A DNA stretch of 64,000 nt from Chrysomallon squamiferum (taxonomy: Eukaryota > Animalia > Mollusca). The notes below the pieces were generated by a model. The model searched no databases. It saw only the letters and a program-made list of their open reading frames with translations, and was not told the origin of the DNA. The translations under genes were made by a program, and so were the position numbers. The first letter of the stretch is position 1, and the number at the start of each line of letters is the position of its first letter. Positions 1 to 11,318 of this stretch are shown here, one piece after another. The stretch covers positions 14,384,001 to 14,448,000 of the forward strand of contig CM022670.1 of NCBI GenBank assembly GCA_012295275.1, written 5' to 3'.

Positions 1-825
1 TCCAGATATGGGCTCGTTCTGGATAAGTGTTCATTTTCTAGCTTTTTGTTTAATTGCATAACGAGGACAGACGTTTACTCGATCCAGTCAGCAATACAAA
101 TAATATGATTTAATCAACTCATACAAATTTAATTTTTGATAGATTATTGTGTGTCGATTTCCAGGCTTTACTCATGAGAAACGTGATTGTGCTCATTAAA
201 AGTATCTTGCCCCACGTTGTCCGGGAGATAGCGTTGTCTGTCCAACAATTTGTTAGTGTGTTAGTATGTTAGTCGAATACTGATAATGAATGAATGAATA
301 AGAACAGTATGAAACAGTATTACATTAGCTGCTAAGTCTCACACTGAACATATTACATCGCGATCATTTATTTACAATCTCATTAGTTATATTTGGTTAG
401 AACAATGCTCATTTGTCTAATAATGGAATGTTCAGTTCTACAAAACTGTGTGTGTGTGTGTGTGTGTCTGCATATGTTTAAACACTTCACTAGAAGATAT
501 GATGACGCGATCTGAAGACTAAAAATAGTTAAATCTTTTATTCAACCGCTGAATGATACTTGAGTGGTAAACAAAGACTGAAATGTGTAATTAAAATATA
601 CCTTACTGTTAACTGAAAACACATAGCTGGTATTATTGTTCAAAACATATACAGATAAGTTGTTAACCGGGAAGGTGTCACGGTTGACTGAACACGAATT
701 CATGAATTTAACTCGCTTTGTTACTTTTCATGTGCGGCTACGCATTAAGGCTAACTTTGAACATGCAAACTACGAGTGGTTGTATGCAGTGAGAATTATT
801 AACTGAGTTTACATTAGTCTGTTAT

Positions 826-867
<42 letters not shown>

Positions 868-2574
868 GATGATTATGATGATGATGATAAAATAATATTA
901 ATAACAATGTGTGCGTCATTGTGTGAATTGCAAGTAGATATGTTGATATTGTACAGATGATCATACATTTTATCCAAGAGCAGAAAACGAATTATAGCTA
1001 GTTAATTGTTTGTGTGAGATGTACAAGAAACAAAACAGAAATAGTAGCCACTACATTTAATTTGTCAATATGTTATATTGACGATTTTAGTTCTTACTAT
1101 TGAAAGTAGCTGGTAATTAAAGTAAAGCAACAACTGACATCGATATAAACTAATTGTTTTCAATACGATTTATCTTCATATATAACATTTTATTTGTTTA
1201 GAAAGTTTGAGTGCATCACTATTATTGTCGTTGAAGCAAACATGCTGGATCACTTGATTAGCTAAATACACTGTGGAGTTGACTTGTTTGAGAGACAAAG
1301 ATGTGTTCAAGGTTAACACGCTGAGTCGAAGCATGGTTGGTGCAGCATGAACCAGTCTCTGAGAGTATGCATTCCTACAACGAATAATTAATGCTCATAC
1401 ATCATTCATACATGTTTGGTACATATATGTTTCGGTTGAATATTTAAAATCATCTTGCTTAAGGGAACTGTGAATAAAACGAAACAAAAATCAATTCACA
1501 TATTTGTACATCTATTAAAATTGTTTTTATTTTTAATTATAATTTTTTTGAAGAAATTTTCTCTTCCTCGTTTTTATTTGTCATCAACATCGTCATCATC
1601 TTGCAGCAGGCATTTTTAGGCAATATTATCATATTTACCATTAATTTAATAAATAGATTGGGATTAAGCCTGTTAAACAAATTAGTGAAGCCACACCCGT
1701 GACCCCTTCAACTACACGTCGTTTACATTATAGCCAAGTCATCTGCGACCAGTTTCTCAACCGGGAAGTTTCTTTATTCTGTAAACCGGATTTAACTTGT
1801 GAATATCAGCTTTCGAATACACAGCATTGCGTGTTGGTGAATAACAAAATGTTTTATTTTAAAAAAAATATGTCGGTAACTCAGGAGCGTATTATACTTT
1901 AGGTAGACAGGTTTTCCGAAACAGTACGTAAATGTTTATAAGTTTTATGCATATTTCAGATTGTTCAGAAAGAGGAAAGAAAGAAAGCAGTATTAGTCTG
2001 AGTGCTATCGAAGAGTTTCTTCAAATATATTGTTTGCTCTTCTTGTACACTTGAGTAATAATATCAACAACAACACAAAGTATAATGGAGAAAAACGTTG
2101 TACATTTGATTTTCTCTTCTTAAATTAAACGAAAGAAATGGTTACTCTAGAATTATAAAATAGATATTGGGATAAAACCTACTAAGATAAAGATGGTCAT
2201 AATAATACTGATAATGACGATCATTTTTATATTGTTTAATTGAAGAAGCTGGCGACGACGATGATGATAATAATTTATCAAATTGAAGAGGAGGACAATA
2301 GGAAATAGGGATGATAAAGAATGATATATTAAACTTTGTTTCACTTACTTATACCTCCACAATGTACACTGCTGTCGCGTGCTCATCATCTATTTTTCGT
2401 TTTAGTAAAATTCTCATATTTAGTGTTGTTGTTAAAAGTGATGATTGCTGAATCAGGACTATCAGATATATTTGATAGTAACGTTACCTGTATCTTGTGT
2501 TATATGTACTCTGTACAACGTTTCTATGTATCTGCACACCATTTCACCTGAATGTGAATGAAATATATGAAAAC

Positions 2575-2625
<51 letters not shown>

Positions 2626-3165
2626 CGTTTCTGAGGTTATATCAGAAACGACTTTTTTTTAAGTTAATGTATTGGTTTATTTATAATCATGTTGGAAGTA
2701 GATTTTCTTGGTATGTTTGGGTGATGGTAAAAGCATAAGAAGGAAGAAAAAGTTTTATTTACAGACATATAGATATTTTTCTTTTAAGTTACGATCTACC
2801 TATCTGAAAATGAAAATTTGTCTTCCTTCTTCTTATGTATTTTCTTGATCCTCTTTCCCGCCAAGAGGAATACTTGTTTGTAGCTGTATGAATAGACTCT
2901 CACTAATCTCTACTGCCCAGATTCATAGCATTATCATAATATTCTTTGCTTAAATAAGAACTCGTGTACGTGGTTTGTTTAGAACCCCATCTAATAGTAT
3001 GTAGAAACTGTTACAGGTAAATAGTTTTAAAAAGTAAATACACTTACTGTTAATAACACTTCTACAATAACAATTGTTACTTTTGATGTTACTACTATAG
3101 CTACTATTATTACTATTACTATAATTACTTGTAGATAATCTCGTCTTTGTTAACGAAAACCCGGT

Positions 3166-3203
<38 letters not shown>

Positions 3204-3207
3204 TATA

Positions 3208-3297
<90 letters not shown>

Positions 3298-3404
3298 TAT
3301 ATACATATACATATATATATAAGTGGACAATATTTCATTGACATTTGTAAATATATCCACACAACAAAACACATAGATCATTTTAATTATTATTGCTTTT
3401 CCAG

Positions 3405-3865
3405 CATGTAGCACTCTGCGGATCAAACTAATAAACTGTGTTACCAGTGGATGTCAGGCAGGCTGGAAATGAACAGACTATATTCAAGGGTCACGTCTTT
3501 TAAATAGTTTTGTATCTGTACAAATTTTCATTTATCTGTACGGTTAAATAGTACGGTTATATATTATTGAAGTTATTTATTTTACTTAACTCTTTTAGAA
3601 GAATACTGTTTTAAAGTTTTTCGTTTTAATACTTCTTTAAAAGAAGTACAGTGCTACATGCATTAATTGTTGCTGTATTATTTGTCTTTCTTATCACTTA
3701 TCTGTCAATCTGTTTCTTTGACTGTGTTTAATTAAGTCAGTTTTGCAGTGTATTACACTAATCACTTTAACATGCTTTCATATTGGAAACCAGTGCATAC
3801 ATGACCTTGCGGTAGGGATATAGATGTCAGGCAGGATGGAAGGGAACTGACTGAACACAACGGAA
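3405..3865 (+). pseudogene. Two decayed EGF-like exon remnants upstream of dispanin A (also in block B at ~35118-35580)
   Basis: ...GCQAGWK*TDYIQ at ~3449-3489 and CQAGWKGTD*TQ at ~3825-3861 match the end of the intact RPTP EGF exon 59727-59879 (GCTAGWTGTDCTQ). Both contain stops or deletions. Confidence 0.65.
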
Positions 3866-5520
3866 CCATTTCTTCATGAATTGTGATAAATGTCTTTAAA
3901 CCAAAACCCCATAGTGATTTAACTCATACTTTAGAAACTCCTTGTTACCTTTATTTACATCCTTGGTCTTTTACAACACCTGAAATTGTGTTTGGATCTT
4001 ACGCATCTGAGGAAATATGTTCTGTACAAGCAAATGTTCATAGTAATTCAAGACAAATACAGTAAATATATTACAGTCTAGATAGACGGATCACAGGATG
4101 GGAATTCTGTTGCATGTGCTACAGTTTATCCATGATGTACAATACCTTTCAACACACTGCCTGACTACAGTCAGTTTTTCGTTCCTAAATGAGCTGAAGC
4201 ATTCAACTGCATCAATGTTTTCTTTTTAACCGACTCACTTTCACATCTCCAAGATTACAAAACATGAAACTTCATCATCGCCTAACTGGGATGTTGATAT
4301 TAAAGTGTATCCTTTAAAGAAACAAATGCTTATGATAAACTAGATACTGATGTTGCCAAGTAAAAAATAGATACAGATATTACAGTTTGACATTAAAATA
4401 TTCCATTTGTAAATTATCCTTACGTAATGCCTAATTATCTATGTTATGTATGCATGCATTTATATATGTACGTATATGTGTATGTATGTGTATACATGTA
4501 TGCAATGACGCACATATGCATGTAAATGTGTGTGTATATGTAATTTATAATGTTTAAAAAATTAACTTGGTTATACCATAGTTCGTTGTTTTACACGTAT
4601 TAGCATCACTGACATTTATTATATAAACACTGGGTTTTCTCCAGTTTCACTAGTGCCTTCTGAAACACTAAGAGTCTGATCAGATTTCTGTTATTACGTT
4701 TTAATTTTGTCATAAGGAGATCCGTGTCCAGCAACGTCAGTGTCTAGATTATCATAATCATTTATTTCTTGAGTGTTATCAGTTTGGTGTGAAGTATTTT
4801 CATAGTCAGGCTGTGGCATATCTCAAACATAAACTGTAATTACCAGACAGTTTATCAATAATGAATTCAGCTATAAGATGTTCTCCGTCATGTGATAACT
4901 ATTAATTTTAAATACTGCCTAGGTGTAGTTAAACATTCGTTACCTCTTACTAATTAATCAGGTTTCAAACAATAGATTTTCTATACAACAGGTGTCAACT
5001 GCTTTTAACTGTACAGTAGTTGGGCTGTTGTTTGTTTTGTTAAATGATTTTAAAACGTTTTAATTCTAAATTAATTTGTGTGGCCTTTTGCCAAGAATCT
5101 ATTTAACTCTCTTTGTATATATGCTTGCATTAAAGTATTATAACGATGAGTCGGAGGACATGCCGATCTGCAGATTATTATCTCCTTAGAGCCGAGCCAA
5201 ATCGGGTAACCAACCATCTGCCCGATACAGGGAAGTCTGTATGTAAGGCTGTATGGTGGAGGTTAGATCTCCCGTGACAATGAGATATACTTTTTTATTT
5301 GTCGTTGAGAACCAAAGCCTGTTTGGTATTGTGCAATGCCTTTACTGGTTTGTTCCAGAAGCAGTGTGTACTGAGACGCCGCAGTTATTGGAGAAAACTT
5401 TACGTCATACGTCTTTGTGGAATACTAAACGGTAAACGTTCGAAAGAAATCAGTGATACTGTACATTCTAGCTTTGCCTACACTCACGGACACGGCTAAA
5501 AAATAACAACAGATAAGAAA

Positions 5521-7072
5521 ATGGAGAAAAAAGCAGGTAAGATCTCATACAAAAGTTTTTTTATTTTTTTTTTTATAAAGAAACAACTTCAAACGTCATG
5601 TACAGGCTGCAGTCTAAATAACATATATAAATTTCACACGCTAAATCAGGAAGATTTATTCAGCCAGTCTTTTGAATTCATATTTGCACTATTACTCCAT
5701 AAGCCACGCCCCCTTTGTTAGTGTTACTATGTCCCACAAGCTAACATTCAAAATGGCGGAATCGGTAGCAGACGGCGTAGTTGATCTAAACATTATTCCA
5801 GGTGATGTGTCGGTTTCATATCTTCGGGCCTTTCCAGAAAATCAGAAGAGGAAGGTTTAAATTATTTTACGCAAAGCTGCATCCACAATAAATTCGAAAG
5901 TGAACGCGAGATGCTGTCTTTCCATGAAGAGAAATGACTGCATATTCTCGTTTGCTTGGAGAAGAGACAGTTTTCACAGGCTAACTGCTCATGAAAAGCC
6001 GGGTATGTATATTTTGGTATTAAACTGATATTGCAGCATGGTTTATTTTAGTGGAAAGAAAAAAGAAAAGTAACAAATGACACATGTGTCTTAAAGCTGC
6101 ATTGTCAAACGAATATGTAATAGCTGAACATGTACAATAGATTGCCCAAATGTTTAGTTTGAATTCACCTCAAACCAATTTTGGTCATATGGGCATGTAT
6201 ATCATTCATAGTTAGGTAATTCACACATATATCTAATAATAAACTGTGTGTATTATTATTATTTGAAAACTTGTTTATAAATGACTTTCTTTTTGAGAGT
6301 ATGGTCGTCCGCATAGTCGAATCCATTTTAAACATATTTTTCTCGTATAAATGTCAAATGCTGTCCACTTTCGTACCGTTCATCCGATTTGCATGTTCAA
6401 GCACATCACTTCACCATTGTGCCTATGAATAATGCCTTCTAAGAAAGAAAGTATTAACACATGGTGAACAACTGAATAAAACAATAATCAACATAAAAAT
6501 ATAACAGAGACTGTGTGTGTTGTAAAGAGACGGTTTTAAGGTGTGTTTTAGAAATGTTTTGTGCTTGATATAAATCTTTACTCTTTACAGAGGAATACAC
6601 ATAAAGCTAGTTTACTTGGATCACTGACATTTGGTTCATACCACAATGAGACAGCATTAAGTGGAAACAAAACAAAACAGTACAAAGAACAGAAGAAAAC
6701 AAACTTTCATAAAAAATAAGTAAAAATTACTAAACAAATTATAATAAATAGAAAAAACAACAACAAATGAATAAAACAAAAATACATAATTACAGAAGAA
6801 GAAGAGGAAGAAGAAGAAGACGGAGAAGAAGAAGAAGAAGAAGAAGAAGAAGAAGAAGAAGAAATCCCTATAATTTCTCCACCTCAAATAGTACAAAATA
6901 CGAACGAAATAATAAAAAATTACATAAAAAAAAAAAAAAATAATAAATAATTAAAATAAATAATAATAAAAACGAAATAAATATAAATAGCATAAAAATA
7001 AATATAAAAATAAATAAATACCGAAAAATATTGCTGGAGCTATAAAGAGTATTAATACAAGCTGAATACAAA

Positions 7073-7119
<47 letters not shown>

Positions 7120-7763
7120 AAGATTAAATGTATGGATATTCTGAATTTTTTTCTTTTTTTTTCTATTCTTTCTTTCTTTCTTTCTTTATTTCTAATCTCT
7201 TTATAGTCTATGTAAGAAAGCATTAATATAATCGAGGTTTCTTTCTTTCATCTTCTGTTAAATAAACGTATTTTTCATGCCATGGTTTTGGTGAAACGTT
7301 CAGAACAAAAATTGATGTATATATTTAAAATGTATTTCAGAGGGTGGTTACGAAGAGTGTCCATCCCAAAATGTAAGTTGTTTAAAATGTTTTCCATATA
7401 TAAATTTCCGATTTTTTTTTTTTTTATTGTTGTTGTTGTTTTGTTTAGTTTTTATATTATTTGATTTATTATATTATATTTATTCTTATTTCATTAAAAA
7501 TATTATTATTATTATTATTAATATTATTTGATTTATTTTTTCTTTATATCACTTTAATTATTGTTTTCTTTCGGTGGTCGTTATATTTCAATCATTTGGT
7601 ATTTATGACACGTAGTAGTTTGTTGGTGTGAATCCCTGTGTCTGTGTGAACTTACATATGTAATATCAACGGATATTACATCTACATAAAAATAAATCAA
7701 TCAGTAATAATAGTAATAATAATATGGATAAATACGACAACTAGAACAACAACAACAACAACA

Positions 7764-7800
<37 letters not shown>

Positions 7801-9445
7801 TAATAATAATACTAATGACGACGATGATGATGATGATTTATTTCAGCCACCACCAGCATATGGTGAACCACAAGGGAATTGTGGACCTGCTCCACCAAAA
7901 GCTTATGGACCTTCACCTCCGGCATATACTCCAGCTCCAGAAGGTTCCCATCTAGGAGAACCTCAACCAGGATATGGGCAACAGTCACAAGGATACGGTC
8001 CACCACCGTCATCAGGATATGTGCCGCCACCTCCTAGTTACGGACCAGTAACAGGACAAGGTCAAATGGTAGTAAGTAGATTCTCTGTAGAATTTGTGAG
8101 TCTGTCTCAAGAAAATACACATAAAGCATTTGTTTTAGCAGTTTTACATTTTTAGTTATGCCAAAAATAATAAGAAAAGACAACTTAGTTTGAAAACTGA
8201 TACTCGTCCTGATGTATTGTACTTGTGAAAAGGGAAGATCGTCGAAGGTATGAATATTTATGTATCTCATGCACTGATTCGTGCAATTATTAACTTTATG
8301 TTTTGAAGTGAACTTCATTAATAAATTTTACAATAATAATTTTCTAAATAGCTCTAAGTGTTATTAAAGGGAGCTGCGCGGGTCGCGAAGTGGTGTAATA
8401 TTTGATAAAATCAATAATTTCACGAGGCAAAACAAGAGAAGATTACAAAATATTTACTTTATGGGGCTGGTGCTCAGATTTGGATGAGTTAATACTTTAT
8501 TACCGAGTTATTCCGTATGTAAGTGTCAGTCATGTTTTCATTTATTCGTTTCACTTTCAAGGGAAAACAGTTGACAAATTCTGCTGACTTAACACTTTCT
8601 TGTTAAGTACACAGACTGTAAACTAGTAAAGTATGAAACTCTGAAGTTACCACTATGTTTACTGGCTTATGAATTTGTAACATTTTTAAAACGAGTTCAT
8701 TTTCTTATAATAACTGGAAACCTAAGCTGCTTCCTATTGTGAGTTTACGACTTTGGAGATGTATGCATAAAATAAGGGGGTAATCGTTGCTATGGTTATA
8801 GTACCACATCATCATTCCAACGGCTATTACAACAACAAAAAAATAATAAATAAATAATAGTAATAATAATATTGATATCAATAAAAAGAAGAAGAACAGT
8901 AACAGTAATAATGATAATGATGATGATGATGATTCATTTTAGCCACCACCAGCACACGGTCAACCACAAGTGAATTATGGACCTTCACCACCACAAGGAC
9001 ACGGTCCATCACAGCCATATGGATACGGACGAGAACCAGCAGACGATCAAATGATGGTAAGTAGACACTCTGTAAAATGTTTGACTCTATCTCCCAAAAA
9101 ATACACATAAGGCATTTGTTTTAGCAGTTATATATTTTAAGTTATTCCGGAAATAATAAGAAAACAACAACGTAGTTTTAAAATTGATACATGTCCTGTT
9201 GTATTGTACATACAAAAAAATGAAAGATCGTCGAAAGTTACCAATATGTTTACTGGGTCTGGAATTTGTATGACGTTTTTAAAACGAGTACATTTTCTTG
9301 TCATAATGTGTACGCAGCGAAATGGACTAGAAACCTAAGCTGCTTGCTATGCAAAATTTACAACTTTGCTTCTGCATGCACAAAATAAGTGGTCAACCGT
9401 TGCTATGGTCGCAGTACCACATCATCATTCCAACGGCTATTACAA

Positions 9446-9494
<49 letters not shown>

Positions 9495-10900
9495 AGTAAT
9501 AATAATATGATATCTATAAAAACAACAACACCAGTAATAATAATAATGATAATGATGATGATGATGATGATGATGATTCATTTTAGACACTACCAGTGTA
9601 CTGTCAACCACAAGTGAATGATGGACCTTCCCTACGACAAGGATACGGTCCGTCACAGTCATATGGATACGGACGAGAACCAGCAGACGATCAAATGATC
9701 GTAAGTAGACTCTCTGTAAAATGTGTGACTCTATCCCTAAAAAACACACATAAAGCATTTGTTTTAGCAGTTTTATATTTTAAGTTATTCCGGAAATAAT
9801 AAGAAAACAACAACGTAATGTGTACGCAGCGAAATGAACTAGAAACCTAAACTTCTTGCTATGGTAAATTTACGATTTTGCTGCTGCATGCAAAAAATTA
9901 GAGGGCATCCGTTACTAAGGTTGCAGTACCACATCGTCATTCCAAATAGCAATACTATCTGCATTATTGCAATATGAATTATGAATATTAAACAGTATAC
10001 AAGTGTATGGATGTCTGTGTATAATACATTCTATTTTTTGCATGTAAACTTTAATGCTGTTATATATTACTTTCAGATTGTTCGAGAACCAGCAAATAAT
10101 CCTATGACTCCTCCAGCCCGTCCCAGGGATTACATGTGCCTGTCTGTCATATCTTTGTTTTTCTGTTTGGTCTTGGCCATATTCGCTTTGATCAATTCAA
10201 GTGATGTAAGTCATTTAGAAAAAAAAATATTTTCGTATGAGTATGTAAGTGTGTTGCAGTTAATATATAAGACATGTCATGACGCATAATAATCAATCAT
10301 TTCATGTAATGCCTAAGATCACAGATATGTTCGGGTAATGCTACAATATTCAGTCATTTCATGAAATGACTAGGATTAGGCAATTTGTGTAATATGCTTC
10401 TTGTATTTTACCATAATTTACATTTTATTTATCTGTTACTGTCAAAAATGATTTCTAATGATTCTGCCATTTGGCACACCAACAGACCGGAACTATTAGG
10501 TGTCTCATGAACATGATTTTAATGATCAAAGACTATTAACATTTAGAACTTAACACTATTTACTCACTTGTTGTTAGACTTAAGGACAACATATACACAG
10601 CGTTACAAGTGGATGGAGGTTACTCTAGGGGGATGACATTTCTATATCTTTTCAATTTCTAATTTATGACTAATTTCTGAATTACATACACACACATGCA
10701 CACACTCCGGAGGATTTCTTAAATCTGGTTTCTGTTAAATTTTTCAGTCCCGAACTGCGGCAGATGTTGGTAAGTTCGAGGAGGCGAGACGTAGAGGGAT
10801 AAAGGCCAGGAATACAGCAATCGCCGCCATTGTGATTGGCACAATCATCGTCGTTGTACCTCTAATGGTGATGATGTTCAAAAGTACAACCGCAACCTAG
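5521..10900 (+). CDS. CD225/dispanin-family (IFITM/PRRT1-like) proline-rich membrane protein, copy A
   Basis: GT-AG exons, all in phase: 5521-5536 (MEKKA), 7341-7372 ([11 protein letters not shown]), 7847-8071 ([10 protein letters not shown]...[16 protein letters not shown]), 8943-9056, 9587-9700, 10077-10205 ([30 protein letters not shown]), 10748-10900 ([37 protein letters not shown]...*). The P-x-DY / hydrophobic helix / G-x-x-EEA-R / second hydrophobic helix pattern is the CD225 signature. Confidence 0.88.
6793..6863. repeat. (GAA)n microsatellite
   Basis: Direct reading; only a short tract at the equivalent site in block B. Confidence 0.9.
8590..9830 (+). repeat. ~645-bp tandem duplication carrying extra Pro-rich exons 8943-9056 and 9587-9700
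   Basis: Repeated intron text (gaaacctaagctgctt...gtaccacatcatcattccaacggctattac; gtaagtagac..tctgtaaaatgt..gactctatc) flanks two 114-nt exons, both ending [11 protein letters not shown]. Confidence 0.85.
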
Positions 10901-11019
10901 GCTTGACGCTAGTATTACATTCTTCAATATTATTTGTTAACTATTGTATATCTAGTAGTTCGTCTAAATTAACAAATTACTTAGCTAATGTAAACATTAT
11001 ATGTCCTGTGGAATTTCGT

Positions 11020-11277
11020 TTTTTAAATGATATCCTTCTCACGGAGAATATGTGTCAGTATTTCTTAGTATGTAATTATTACAAAAAAACCCCAACAAAA
11101 CAACAATAATATCTTTAGGAAATAAAACTGGCCTGTATACAAGAGAGACAGGGTGTGTTGTCATTTTTCTTGTTGTCATTTTTCTTGTTGTCATTTTTCA
11201 CTGATTGTTGTGTGACAAGTTATCAGTGTTTCAGAGTCGGTGCTTAGCAATCATTTATGTCACACTGATAATTTTAA

Positions 11278-11318
<41 letters not shown>

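Larger units (their letters stand above)
1..10930 (+). repeat. Segmental duplication block A (paralogous to 31827-42360)
   Basis: Position 1 (tccagatatgggctcgttctgg) recurs at 31827 and the blocks stay collinear through the dispanin stop. Near-identical ORF pairs include 2153/33938, 2336/34124, 3883/35598, 5253/36968 and 5521/37236. Confidence 0.95.

Noticed and set aside
2489-2548. 60-nt minus-strand exon-like segment (ttcag|..EMVCRYIETLYRVHITQDT|gtaac), also present in block B
   Set aside because: No recognisable homology or partner exons; conservation is explained by the recent duplication.
2950-3426. 158-aa ORF and many similar I/Y/C/V, poly-L/I/N and RERE/SLSL ORFs (e.g. 6657, 15317, 22272, 34704, 46263, 53507, 56668, 59002)
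   Set aside because: Translations of (TA)n, (CA)n, (AG)n and (TAA)n microsatellites; no domain signal.
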